A DNA stretch of 64,000 nucleotides, taken from positions 337,218,001-337,282,000 of the forward strand of contig OZ024740.1 of assembly GCA_964016885.1 (NCBI GenBank). Reading direction: 5' to 3'. The stretch's first letter is position 1. Each line of letters begins with the position of its first letter. Below, one piece after another: positions 12,659 through 26,002 of this stretch. Origin of the DNA: Eledone cirrhosa (Eukaryota). Under the pieces are notes generated by a model. That model worked only from the letters and a program-made list of their open reading frames with translations, was not told the origin of the DNA and made no database searches. Made by a program: the position numbers and the translations under genes.

Positions 12659-12921
12659 TTTGTACAAGCGAGACACGGTCTCCCGACCAATCTTGCCTCC
12701 AATGGGACAAAACCATCCAACCTATGCTAGCGTGGAAGATGGATGTTAAACGATAATGATGATATATATACATTAAAACAACAACAGAAGGCCGGACTGG
12801 AAAATTTACTTTAGAATTTTAATTCTGCGAAATCACTATACATATTTCAATGGCCCAGCTCTATCTTCTGATTATGATTCAAGACAAGGCGATTTCATCA
12901 CGTGTTATTTGCAGAATTATG

Positions 12922-14668
12922 TAGATAGAGGAAACTATAGAGGTATAAAGCTGATGGACCAGGTCATGAAAGTAACGGAGAGTTATAGTACAGCTGATTA
13001 GGGACCGGGTAAAAATAGATAAGACGCAGTTTGGGTTTGTGCCAGGAAAAAGCACCACTGATTCTCTCTTCCTTGTGAGGCAGTTACAGGAAAAGTACCT
13101 AGCTAAAAGTAAGCCACTCTACCTGGCATTTATCGGTCTGGAAAAAGCCTTCGACAGAGTGCCCCGTGCTATAATCTGGTGAGGTCTTAGAAAACTATGA
13201 GTAGATGAATGGCTTGTGAAAGCTGTACAAGACATGTTTAGGGAAGCAGTCAGCAAAATTAGGGTTAACAATGATTATAGCGAGGAATTTAGCACACAGG
13301 GTTCTGTTTTTAGCCCTCTCCTGTTTATTATAGTATTGCAGGCTAGAACAGAGGAGTTTAAGACCGGATGCCCATGGGAACATCTGTATGCGGATTATCT
13401 TACACTTATAGCTGAATCTATGGCGGAACTAGAGAAGAAATTCCAAACATGGAAGCAGGGACTAGAAAGAAGGGGTCTCAAAGTCAACCTGACAAAGACT
13501 AAGGTCCTCCTAAGTAGACAAGAAAACAGAACCCATATCTCCTCAGGGAAATGGCCTTGCTCAGTATGTAGGAAAGGTGTCGGTAGGAATTCCATCCTCT
13601 GCCCCAAATGCAAACTATAGGTACACAAAAGATGTAGTGGAATCTCAGGAAGCTTAGTTAAGAATGTAGGCTTTACATGCAGCAGCTGCACTGGGACAGT
13701 AAGCAGCAAATGGCCACAGGAAAACAACACTGCCAAACTCTGGGAGGGCTCTGTAGAAACACTAGACAGCTTCTGCTACCTGGGTGACCAAATTAGCAGC
13801 GGAGGTGGGTATTCTGAAAGTACAGTAACCTGAGTAAGAATGGGATAGAAGAAGTTCAGAGAGCTACTACCATTGCTAGCTACAAAAAGCTTTTCCCTCA
13901 AAATGAAAGGCAGACTGTATGGTGCGTACATACGAACAGCAATGTTACATGGTAGTGAGACTTGGGCGCTGTGTGTAGAAGACTTGCATAGATTAGAAAG
14001 AAAAGAAGCTTGCATGCTCCGATGGATGTGTAATAGTAATATACGTGAACGGCAAAGCATAAACGAACTGAGAGAGAGACTGAGCATAAGATGAATCAAA
14101 TGCTGTGTGCAGGAGAGGAGGTTGCATTGGTATGGATATGTAATGCGTATGAAGGATGACAGCTGCATAAAAAGGTTCAGAGCACTAAAAATCGATGGAA
14201 GTCTTGGAGTAGGGAGATCCAAGAAGACCTGGGATGAGGTGATAAAAGCTGACCTTGCCCAATTCAACCTCTGAAAGGCGACGACGCACGACTGTGACCT
14301 CTGGCATCACGCAGTAATACAGAAGACCCGACTTCCCACAGGTACAAGATGAACCTGTAGCATATAGACAATATGCCCCCACCCCCTCCCACTGCAAAGT
14401 GGTTTTTGAAGTGTCACAATGAAAAAGTACCCTGTCCACACTGTAAAGTAGTCGTGTAGGCGCCAGAGCAAAAAAGCACCCAGTACTTACTATAAATGAG
14501 GTTGGTGTTAGGAAGGACATCCAGCTGTAGAAATGAAGCCAAAATCAGTTCCTGTGTGAGCAAGACATGGTCAGCCGACCTGACATTGCCCACAACAGGA
14601 CAACCCGTCTAACCCATGCTAGCATGGAAGAATGGACGTAAAACGGTGGTGATGAGGATGATGATGAT
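12922..14668 (+). mobile_element. RTE subfamily A-like, truncated with stop codons
   Basis: Colinear with 28898-30634; several nonsense changes and a deletion in the QG motif. Confidence 0.92.
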
Positions 14669-14894
14669 ATATGTATATATATATACAGTCCTATACAAGT
14701 AAGACAACCAATCTTGCCTCACGTGGGACAATTCCCGTCTAACCCATGCTAGCGTGGAAGATAGACGTTAAACGATGATGATGATGATGATATATTAGAA
14801 ATTGAAGCCTTTGCCATATTTTTTGACTAAAGAAATTTTAGCCTGATAGTGAGGTTAAGAACCCTCTAAGAAATGGAAAAAGATGAGTATTGAC

Positions 14895-14945
<51 letters not shown>

Positions 14946-14953
14946 CATACATA

Positions 14954-14993
<40 letters not shown>

Positions 14994-14996
<3 letters not shown>

Positions 14997-15670
14997 TAAC
15001 ATGTAACCCAGTACAACCTGTAGCATGGTTGAGTCATCGGCGACTAAACCGGCAACCCCACCAAGTTTACTTGGTGAGGAGGGTGATTTTGAACACCCTG
15101 CAAACTTGACAAAGGGCGGAAGAACTCATAAGAGTCAACGGCCATCCAAAAGTGTGTAAATATGTATATACACATGTACCGATTGTTAAACCACTGGGAG
15201 TGAAGGACCCTTGCCTTTGTCAGGGCATTCTTCTAGGAGAAGGTATCTCAGGAAACTGGGATAACTCTGATATAAAACCTGCGGCTCAGTAGTTACCGAT
15301 GATGTTGATCTTTTCTTTTTTTCGGGTTATAGCTACTGTCGCTCAGAGAGTGGGATTGGTTCAGTGCACAGTCTTTCCTCACTTTAAAAAATATCTTCAT
15401 GTACAGGCATTGCACGATAGAATTAATTAATAATTATTAATTGTTTCTACTTTAGGCACAAGGCCAGCAATTACCCAGTGCATTACTGGTACTTTATTTT
15501 ATCGATCCCGTAAGGATGAAAGGCAAGGTCAACCTTGGCGGGATTTGAACTCAGATCGTAAAGAGACGTAACTATGCTGGAAAGCATGGCGTCCGACCCT
15601 CTACGGATACTGCCAATCCAATGGTATATCATGCAATGGCCATACTCGATAACAACGGGGCAGCTATCAT
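14994..15670 (+). repeat. Unclassified interspersed repeat with a nested SINE
   Basis: Homologous to 3360-3700, 24295-24420 (-) and 62678-63380. SINE family 1 (-) lies at ~15440-15620. Confidence 0.75.
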
Positions 15671-16019
15671 ATATATATATATATATGCCAACACAAGAGC
15701 AAGAATGAAGTGTTCATTCTACTGACATGGCTATAAAATTGAGGCTTTTTGCAAAATTGTAAATGAATCCAATGTTATTATTAATATTCGAAAAACTCAG
15801 ATTACATTTATTGTATTCAGCCATGTAGAGCGAAATTTTCTTTTATATATATATGTATAAGATATAATATATAAATGGCTTCTACAGGACTAGAAGTGTT
15901 TCATTCGAAGGAAATCATCAGGAAATTAAATCTTGTATACACTCTACTATGTATTGAGTACCTTACTTACTGTGGTTACTCCTGATTGATCCTAGGACTC
16001 ACACACACACATATATATC

Positions 16020-16052
<33 letters not shown>

Positions 16053-16096
16053 ATATATATAATATAAAATCAAAAGATGGTTAAAAGAGTTCCATG

Positions 16097-16167
16097 TATT
16101 TTATTATGTGCATTTCAAAAACAAATATCATCATGGGATGATATTTGCATTCTCATCAGATAAAATA
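16097..16167 (-). ncRNA. Type I hammerhead ribozyme motif (AUA family)
   Basis: UAUUUUAU-CUGAUGA-GAAU-GCAAAUAUCAUC-CCAU-GAUGAUAUUUGU-UUUU-GAAA-U-GCAC-A-UA-AUAAAAUA. Confidence 0.8.
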
Positions 16168-16245
16168 GGGAGACATAATATGAAGCTTAAAAAACACTTG
16201 CGAGCAGTGAAGTGTTAAATCAACATATATTATTTATATTCCAGT

Positions 16246-16433
16246 TTAGGGCGGTGAATTGGCAGTATCGGTAGAGGATTGGACGCCATGCTTTCTAGCA
16301 TAGTTACGTCCCTTTACGGTTTGAGTTCAAATCCCGCTGAGGTTAAATTTGCCTTTCATCCTTACGGGGTCGATAAAATAAAGTACCAGTAATGTACTGG
16401 GTAATTGCTGGCCTTGTGCCTAAAGTAGAAACA
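16246..16433 (+). mobile_element. tRNA-derived SINE (family 1) with a 17-bp TSD
   Basis: A box tggcagtatcgg, B box gagttcaaatccc. TSD attatttatattccagt at 16229-16245 and 16434-16450. Confidence 0.92.
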
Positions 16434-16673
16434 ATTATTTATATTCCAGTCCTATAAACTGTTGAGTGCTACTTATTCGATATTTGCATTGCTTTATTGT
16501 GCTACAATAAAACTCACCTCTTACATCATCATCATCATCATTGTTTAATGTCCATCTTCCACGCTTGCATGGGTATATATATATATGTAAAAGGTAAACA
16601 GAAATAACAACACAATCAGTACAGTATATGGAAGGGATATATTGGATTAATGCTTGATATAGCAGGAAGAGGG

Positions 16674-16709
16674 TCTTAACGTTTCGGACGCTAGTCCTTC
16701 ATCAGAAGA
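16674..16709 (-). ncRNA. Minimal hammerhead ribozyme motif
   Basis: UCUU-CUGAUGA-A-GGAC-UAGC-GUCC-GAAACGUU-AAGA with palindromic AACGUU in place of stem III. Decayed homolog near 10440-10470. Confidence 0.75.
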
Positions 16710-17609
16710 AAGAATGAGAAATAAGATAGATTGAGGGGACAGGCGGGTTGGAATTGGAAAAAATGTCTTTAAATAAAAATAACAGGTCCATCCATGTTGA
16801 CATCTCTTGCAAAACTGTTGGTGCTGGCGTTTTGTGTCTGATTTATTTTTTTAGAAAAGTGGATGATGGAGCGCGTCTACCTGAAATGGAAAAAAAAAAC
16901 GTTTTGTAAAAAGAGCTATACTTGTGCACTTGCGTAAGCATGTGTTTGTGTGTGCGTGTGTGTGTGTGTTATACGTCCGTACGAAGCTAAGAAGAAAAGT
17001 GTGTGTATATGTGAGTAAAAGAGTGTGTGTGCATGTAAGTACGAAGCTATGAGCAAAAGTATGTTAATATAAGGGTGTGTATGTGTGTATACAGAGCAGT
17101 GAAGGGAAAAGTGGAGTGAGTATATATAGTCGGCATGTATTAGTTGTAAGAGAAGCTGCTAATATATATATATTTATATATATATATATATATATACCCT
17201 AATATTCTACCTAATTAAGGTAGGACTTATAACGGCATTGATTAGTCAATGTATTGATATTATCCTGGTTATTTCTCCCTTTGAAACGATTGTAATACAA
17301 TGGATTAATTAAGCATTGGGCCTCGTTTTTTGTTTTCATTGTTCACGCACACTCACATATACACATATCTGTTTGTATATCTTTTAAATAGAGTAAATCT
17401 TCGTAAATTGGATTTATTGTCTCACTGCCAGTTTATAAAACCAACAGACATATACAATGATGTTTATCTTAGTGATATTAAAATACAACAATGAATATAC
17501 ACACACAGACACATTATATTATATTATATCATATTATATTATATTTTATTATATCATACTTTATTATATATAATATAATATAATATAATATAATATAATA
17601 TAATATATA

Positions 17610-17733
<124 letters not shown>

Positions 17734-17913
17734 TAGATAGATATCTGTTTGCCTGTGTACCTTATTTAATTAACTTTTTCGTAAATCATATTTATTATCT
17801 AAATTGTGTTTATATCTACAAGAAGTATTTTTTTTTTTATAAATAAATTGAATTTGGTAATCCTTCGTTTTAATATCTTACACAACTTTTCGTAGTTTAC
17901 AAATTTTTTTCAG

Positions 17914-17973
17914 ATTTATCAGCATGATCATTATCTACACTTTCAAAATGTCTCTCTGCAAAATATACATGAA
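17914..17973 (+). CDS. Putative host-gene exon (IYQHDHYLHFQNVSLQNIHE)
   Basis: tttttttcag acceptor, 60 bp open, phase 0-0, weak gtcagg donor; in frame with the next exon. Confidence 0.45.
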
Positions 17974-19099
17974 GTCAGGTCATGGCATTACACTATAATT
18001 ATGTTGTCGTCATTATTATTATCAATGTTTTATGTCCACTTTTCTATGCTTACATAGGTTGGACAGGTTCTTTGCAGCACAGCATCTCTTCAACTGACTT
18101 GGTCTTTCTTTCGTAGAGAGAACCCCTTTTGCTGTCAATAGCAGGGTCACTTTCCTGATGGGATCAGGGTCTTGTCTTCTTTCCTGCTTACCAGAACTTT
18201 AGTTTTACCCAAGTTATTTATCGACCCTGTAAGGATGAAAGGCAAAGCTAAACTTGGCAGGATTTGAACACAGAGCATAAAGGGCCGTAACTCTATGCTG
18301 CAAAGTATGATGTCCGACACACTACCAATACTGCTAATCTGCTACTCTAGTGATAGGGATAAAAATGAAAATGATCACTAATAGGAAATGGTAGAAGGAC
18401 AGCAGGGTCATAGAAGAAAGTGTTGTAACTAAATCTTAATCTCCTCCACATACACCCCCACCCATTCCACCACCAGTTTTGATTTTAGTGATTTGTTAGT
18501 GGACAGGTCTTCAGCATAGTGAATCACAAGTCATTTTAGTTGTCTGTCATCTTTGTGAGGTTCAACTTCTTTAGGTCAGTCTTCACCACTTTGTTCCACT
18601 TTGTTCCATATTTTCCTTGGTCTTCTTCTTCCACATATATCATGTCATATATATATGCAGAGTCAACATTTGTGCACTTTGCATATGCAGCCAACATTAA
18701 CATACTGTGTCTGTCCAGTCAATATCTATATACTGTATACAGTGTGTCTAGGCAGGCAACAGCCATATACTGAGTTTATTCAGTAAAAATCTGAATACTA
18801 TCTCTTCTATCTCTCTATCTATCTATGTATGTATCTATCTATTTATTCAACGTCCACACACTGTCTATTTATCTGGTCAATATCCTCATACTGTGTTGAT
18901 CTATCCAGTGAAAATTTACACACTGTATCTGACAACACACTGTGTCTATCCAATCAATAGATACAGATTCTGATTAACCAACCAACAAATTACATTGTCT
19001 TCCAAAACAATTGTTCTGTTCACTCATAAATAACTGAATTGAATAAATCAAAGAAGAAACTACATTCTAATTTTTTTTTTTTTACAAAATTTCTTTCAG

Positions 19100-19207
19100 A
19101 ATGAAAAAGTGTACTGCAAACTTTTGAACAGTCTAATACATCCCCTGGGAGCTTCTGATACAATCTTTGGTCTGCGACCTGGTGACTTAACAGATTATCT
19201 ACGAACA
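19100..19207 (+). CDS. Host-gene exon, Munc13-4/BAIAP3-like N-terminal region
   Basis: Long polypyrimidine tract with tttcag, gtatgt donor, 108 bp open: NEKVYCKLLNSLIHPLGASDTIFGLRPGDLTDYLRT. Family call is from recalled motif similarity. Confidence 0.65.
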
Positions 19208-21176
19208 GTATGTTATCGTCTTTTATATTATGGTTTTGGTCTTGTAATTTCCCATATGGCATCGCTAGCTGTATATATTAACTGAAAACAATATGATTAG
19301 ATAAACATACAATAAAGAGAAAATAAAGCTGGTGCTGGTAAGGATTCAAATAATTTTCTTCTGCTTAATGCTTATTACATTTACCATATACATTTTCCTA
19401 GCTAAAGTGTATGAAAAGACAAAAGTTTAGAAGTAAAAAAAAAACATTATTATTAGACTTTCCTATGTCATGCATGTTTACAATTAGTCTCCTTATTTCA
19501 GGCATTATAATCTTTACCAACTCTTTCACATTAAAATCTTCAAAGATGAACAACTTGTCAACCTTTCCAAGAGATTTAACAAGAACAACCAAGTCTTCAT
19601 ACCATTTGTTTTATATTGTTTGTGTTTGACATTGTAGGTACATAACTAGTAGTGTACTTTCATTTTTAGTTTTAGACAAAATATCTTTCATTCTCATCAA
19701 AATTTCTGTTCTGTGACGAGAAGTGAGTTTTGACTTTTTAGATTGAATTTTTCCTTATCATGATTCTGTCACTCACTTATTTTAGTTCTTCTGATAGCTT
19801 TTTACAGTGTTATTTATAACTGTAAAGCCTTACAGCAGTTTCTTTTTGCACTTCCTTACTATGATCAAACCATTAGAAAATGAATCTGCTGTCCTCTGGA
19901 AAAATGTTTTCTTTCAGTGCTGCTATATAAGCTCTTTTCAATCAATGTCATTCTTTTAGCTCTTAGCTACTTTTCGTAATCTAAACTTCCATGATTTAGA
20001 CATTGATATTTTCCCATTTTAACCAAAATAATGGGATCCTGGTCCAGATTAGTCAGAAGCAAACTTTTTTTTATTGCTTAGTCAGAAAAAAAATCAATGC
20101 CCATGACTCATTTCAGAGGCCTCAAATAATGGCTAGAGGGAGGGTAGAAGATATTCTCCAACAGGGGACGTGACTCCAATTGCTTATAACCTCCAAATAT
20201 TAGGTGATGGTGTTAAACTAGATGACATTCTATTCAATGTCAACTGGCAGAAGACCAAGAGGTAGACCGAGAGGTAGACCAAGAGGTAGACCACTTGAAT
20301 AACATCCATAATGCTGGGGGAATTTGAACACCAGGAGCCAGAATACTTACCACACAACATTTTATTCAATGCTCTAATGCCTCTACCAATTCACTGACTT
20401 TATTTAGGCCAGATTTTCTCGCCTTTTAATCATAGCAAGTGGTGATCAGAGTGTTCCGAGAGAGAGTTGCTCAGTTACTTGGGTGGTTGTCAAATTCTGC
20501 TTCTGTTTTATGAAACAAAAGATGAGTATTGGCTGGAGTTGCTTGTATACAGTATTGAGATATGATCAACAAGATCCCAGACTTCATTTGCTTAACGAGT
20601 GGGGTGAAGCGGACCGAGGAAACAATGTTTCCATTGGTCTTTCCAGTTGCTAGTTACCATGTGTTGTTGCAGGGAAATAGGTAAATATCTTGGTAAGAAA
20701 GGAACTGTGTACTCTCAATAGATGTTTATATTCTTGACCTCTTTTTTTTGCTATAGATAGTCAGTGGCAGAACTTAAGGTAAGAACTGTACTAGACATAG
20801 CCATTACTCCTAATACACATAGGCATCTTTTAAGCAAAGATGAACTATGTGGTAACTCAACCTGCTAGAAATAGCAGTCAAATCTCTTTCAAAACACACC
20901 TGGCTGCAGGGGTGAGAAACTTGTGGTCTTATGGCTGAATGCAATCATTGAGATCCTTGGGTGTAGCTGTTTGGATAAAATATGGAGTTTGAATTAAAAA
21001 TATATTTTTGTTGATTACTCAGTAATATATTTCACCACCACATATATATGTGTGTGTGTGTGTTAAGTATTTACATAGAAAAGGTAAAGGAAAAAAAGAG
21101 TGCTCTATGTATTGTACATAGAGCACTATTTAATTTATAGTTTATTTATAGTTTTATGTTTATGTATATATATATG

Positions 21177-21654
21177 AAAACCACTTACTATGAATTTTAA
21201 AGTAGTGGCTATGTCACTTACTTATTCTCGGTAAAAGCAAAGAAGAGTGATCGACAGACAGTCTGTTTCTCTCTCGTTAGCGTTTATCAAGACCTCTCAC
21301 TCCTTTGTTTTTGCTGAGAGTTATAGAAGCTGGATTCTTATAGAATTCCAGTAATATTTAAGAGCTGATTAAACAGAGGGGTTGCTGGTCCAGCAAAAAT
21401 TAGGTATTAGTATCGGTGCTTTGAAATAGCGATGTATACATGAATGTATATATAGTATATTTGACAATGAGTGAGAAACAGGACTGTCGATCACTCTTCT
21501 TTGCTTTTGTCGAGAATAAGTAAGTGATATAGTCACTACTTTAAAACTCATTACGAATGGTCTTCAAAATATTTTAAATTAAACATACAGTATATTGCCA
21601 AATATACTATACATACATTCATGTATACATCGCTATTTCAGAGCACCAATACTA

Positions 21655-21657
<3 letters not shown>
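21177..21657. repeat. Interleaved double inverted repeat (pLTR-like)
   Basis: 21177-21275 pairs with ~21465-21567; ~21405-21467 pairs with ~21593-21657; (TA)n flanks. Confidence 0.8.
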
Positions 21658-21685
<28 letters not shown>

Positions 21686-22149
21686 TATGATGGTTGCATC
21701 TTGCTTTCGAGAATTGCTATCACTTGATAACTTTCTCACATATGAATGGCATGAAAGTGACTTTTAGGCACTGCCAAGGACTTACATTTCTTTTTTCTTA
21801 TTCTGCAATGAAAGAAAAAAAAGAAGCCATTTTTGGTTACAGCCATCCACGTTCATGCAACACACATATAAGATGTTTAGCTCAAGTGCCTGCACTTGAG
21901 GTTTTTTTAAGTGAAGAAAACTTTGTATTTAACTAATCCTACTCTCCAAAAAAAAAACAAAACAAAAAAAAACAGGCCAACATCATTGGCTGCCATCGAG
22001 TCACAGGTTTTACATAAAAACATTCCTTCTTCTGGAATGATGCCCTAATAAAAACCATGAATCTTCTCTCCTGCTTGGCTAACTGTGCACTTGGGCACCA
22101 AATCAAGTATTTCTATGTCTGCATATATATATATATACACACATAAATA

Positions 22150-22194
<45 letters not shown>

Positions 22195-22195
<1 letters not shown>

Positions 22196-23739
22196 CATCA
22201 TCATCATTTTACATCCGCTTTTCCCTGCTTGCAAGGGTGGGATGGGTCTTATTCAGCACAGCATCTCTCCACTTGTCAGAGTGCTTCGTCATCTCTACCG
22301 TGAGCTTCAGCGATCTGAGGTCTGTTCTCACCACCTCCACCCATGTTTTACGTGGTCTACCTCTACCATGTCTTCCTTCAACTGGCATTTCCTGGCACTT
22401 CTTCACCCATCGGTCATCCTCCATGCGCATCACATATCCAAACCCCCTCAGTCTCCTCTCTCGCACACTACATTCTATCCCTCTCAGACACAGTTTCTCT
22501 CTCAACACATTCATGCTGCATCGTTCACACACATTGACACTGCACATCCAATGGAGCATGCTTGCTTCATTTCTCTCCAGCCATCGCATATCCCCTGCAG
22601 TTGCTGCCCATGTCTCAATACCATGCAGCATCGCGCTCTTCACACAGGCATCATATAACCGGCCTTTCGTACGCAGGGAGAAACCCTTCTTCGTCAGCAG
22701 AAGAAGCAGCTCCCTAAACTTCTTCCAACCCGTCCTTATTCTAGATACTATGGCATCAGAACACCCACCTCCCATGCTAATCTGATCTCCTAGGTACTGG
22801 AAGCTATCCACCACTTCTATAGCACCCGCCTGCATTTGAAAAATGTGTCTATTAATGCAACTTCTACTGTCTAATTTCCCTGTACATCTACTGCATACAT
22901 ATTTCTCCCTACCTGTTAGTTTGCCTGCTATCCCGCTACATCTCTTGTGTACCCAGGATCTGCATTGTGTGCATTTTATAGAATTTATGCCAGTTCCTTT
23001 TCTACATATCGAACATGGCCATTTCCCTGACGGAATCAGAGTTTTGTCCTCTTTTCTACTCATCAACACTTTTGTCTTAGCTAAGTTCACTCTCAGTCCT
23101 CTTGCTTCTTCCAACTGCTGTTTTTATAGCCAGAATTTATTCTCTAGCTCCTCTACTGATTCTGCTATAAGAACCAGATCGTCAGCATAGAGAAGTTCCC
23201 ACGGACAGCCAGTCTTAAACTCCTCTGTTATGGCTTGGAGGAATATAATGAACAAGAGCGGGCTGAGGACCGAACCTTGATGTACTCCTACTTGTATCTG
23301 GAATTCCTCACTAAACTCCATTCCTACCCTGACTTTACTGACAGTACCTCTGTACAAAGTTTGCACTGTCCTCACAAGCCATTCCTCAACACCTAGTTTC
23401 CTTAGGGACCACCAGATGAGAGATCGGAGTACCCTATCAAAGGCCTTCTCTAGGTCAACAAAGGCTAAGTATAGTGGCTTATTTTTCTCTAAGAACCTCT
23501 CTTGTAATTGTCTCACCAAGAAGAGAGCATCTGTTGTACTCTTTCCAGGCACAAAACCAAACTGCGTCTCATTTAGTTTGACCCTTTCTCTAATTAGTTG
23601 TGCTAATATCCTTCCTGCCACTTTCATAACCTGATCCATCAGTTTTATACCCCTATAATTGCTCCTCTCCAGAGCATCCCCTTTACCTTTGTAGCAATTT
23701 ATGAGAATACTGCTGCACCAGTCTTTGGGTATGACACCA

Positions 23740-23741
<2 letters not shown>
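22195..23741 (-). mobile_element. RTE LINE subfamily C, 5'-truncated, frameshifted
   Basis: RT motifs FVDLEKAFDRV, GVHQGSVLSP, LYADDL plus PHD-like finger. Almost no 3' UTR; (GAT)n tail. Confidence 0.93.
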
Positions 23742-23804
<63 letters not shown>

Positions 23805-23937
23805 CAAAGGGATATTTAATTTGTTGGTAATTCAACAAATATATATATTTATAACCGATTTGAAGCACTTGACAGGTTTTCTGGAGTATAATATCAATGA
23901 TATTAATAAATGGAAACTATATTTATAAAATCATATT

Positions 23938-23998
23938 TATTCTATTATATATATTTCAAGGGTACAAAAACTTTGGTACGCTCTCATCAGATAAAATA
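23938..23998 (-). ncRNA. Type I hammerhead ribozyme motif (AUA family)
   Basis: Inverted copy of 24090-24150. Confidence 0.78.
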
Positions 23999-24089
23999 CA
24001 AAGTTTGTTTTATAAATATTGAACCAGGTAAATCTTGAACCGTTAAGGTATCATTCCTGGTTATGTCAATATTTATAAAACAAACTTTG

Positions 24090-24150
24090 TATTTTATCTG
24101 ATGAGAGCGTACCAAAGTTTTGGTACCCTTGAAATATATATAATAGAATA
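24090..24150 (+). ncRNA. Type I hammerhead ribozyme motif (AUA family)
   Basis: UAUUUUAU-CUGAUGA-GAGC-GUACCAAA-GU-UUUGGUAC-CCUU-GAAA-U-AUAU-A-UA-AUAGAAUA. Confidence 0.8.
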
Positions 24151-24191
24151 AATATGGTTTTATAAATATAGTTTCCATTTACTAATATCAT

Positions 24192-24243
<52 letters not shown>

Positions 24244-25379
24244 CTATATACATATACATATCAACATTCAACATATAAATATGTTCATAGTATTGGATGG
24301 TTTGTCTGAGTTCCTCTATCCTTTAATGGGTTTTGTTTTTCATCCCACAGGGTGACCAAAATTCCTCCTCCTCACCAAGCAAGCCATGTGACAGGTTGTA
24401 CTGGGCTATATGTTACCAGTAGTGCTTAAGAATAACTTGACATATATATGCACATACATATAGAATATTCCAGCATTAAATCAACATTTAATCAAACTGA
24501 AAACAAAACTTTAAAACAAGATCTAACCAACATTCTTATACCTTCAGGCACAGACATAAAAGAAACACTACCACACTCTCTAAGTATATTTGGGATCTGA
24601 AGGACAGAGGAATTAATAATTTCAAGAGATTATGTCCTTGTAATTAATGAATTTAAATGCCTTCTCTGTTTATCTGGAAAGCACATTGTATTAATCCAGT
24701 CACTTAGTTTGTTAAAATCTAAATTGAAATTGTATCTTCATGTCCTTTGAGAAGTACATTTTACAAATATTTGCAAACATTTATTTTGCCAACCGAGTGA
24801 ATTTTTAAATATATTTTTATTGCTAATATCTGTTTACATTGAGCTATATAGAAGTAGCTTTTTATGCATTTTTAAAAAGCGTGCTTGAAAATCAATTGTT
24901 TTCATTGTCACCAACAACTTTGCTTTATCTCTCTTCATATCATCGCTTCTATAGTTGCATACTATAGAAAACCTCACCTTGAATAAACACAGTTAACTTC
25001 ATATGTATTTATGCATATCCTGACCACTATATACCACAGTCTAAAACCTGAATGATACAGAAGAATAACACTGAGAAAGATATACATATATATTCTGTTA
25101 CACTATACAAAAGAACAATTTCAGAACTTGCACATATATGCAGATATGATATATTCTATCACAACATCCTTTCTGTTACATATTAAAATAAACATGCACA
25201 CAAATGTGAATATATGTATGTTCACTTATGTATGTATATGCATACATATGTGTGTACTTGTATATACAAATATAAGGGTGTATGTGTTTGTGTTTAACAA
25301 ACAACCCCATTATTCTAAAATCCACCTCTCTCCTTTATGAAATTTTCCTATTTTTATATATGTATATTTTATATATATA

Positions 25380-25713
25380 TACCCGACCTCCCATGGGTAC
25401 AAGCTGAAGCATATAGACAATATGCCCCCACACCCTCCCACTGCAAGATGGTCGTGGAGGTGCCACGCCAAAAAAGCACCCAGCCCACACTGTAAAGTGG
25501 ATGTGTAGGCGCCACGAAAAAGCACCCAGCACTCACTGTAAATGAGGTTGGTGTTAGGAAGGGCTTCCAGCTGTAGAAATCAAGCCAAATCAGTTCCTGT
25601 ATGAGCAAGGCATGGTCAGCCGACCAGACACTGCCCACAACAGGACAACCCGTTTAACCCATGCTAGCGTGGAAGAACGGACGTAAAACGGTGATGATGG
25701 TGATGATGATGAT
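25380..25713 (+). mobile_element. RTE subfamily A, 3' UTR-only copy
   Basis: Near-identical to 30314-30634. Confidence 0.92.
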
Positions 25714-25961
25714 ACACAGAAACGAAATTTCATTTCCCACTCTTAGTACAGCTGTTAACTATGTACACGTACATACATATATGTATACAGACGCACGGTA
25801 GTATGTATATATATATACATACATGCACACATATATATATGTATGTATGGATTCACCGAACATTTATTATAATGCTCGGTGTGTTTGTAAACAAACATCC
25901 CGTATTAAGCCGTAGTGTCTAGCAACCATCGTTGCTCGTTTGTTCAACACTGACAAAGGAA

Positions 25962-26002
25962 CGCTGTACTAGTTTCAAGCTTATTAGCTATCATCAGCAA
26001 CG
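25962..26002 (-). ncRNA. Minimal hammerhead ribozyme motif (GUA site)
   Basis: Exact inverted copy of 26451-26491. Confidence 0.8.

Larger units (their letters stand above)
23802..24197. mobile_element. Palindromic hammerhead-bearing element
   Basis: Inverted repeat 23891-24197. The tail on the - strand (ccagaaaacct...gtgcttc) resembles the tail at 3245-3270. (TA)n flanks. Confidence 0.8.

Noticed and set aside
20436-20680. Exon-like segment with three in-frame TGA codons (selenocysteine or A-to-I readthrough idea)
   Set aside because: No SECIS evidence. The 19207-51671 join fits better without it, and part resembles 33540-33562 in reverse, suggesting a repeat origin. At most a cryptic exon.
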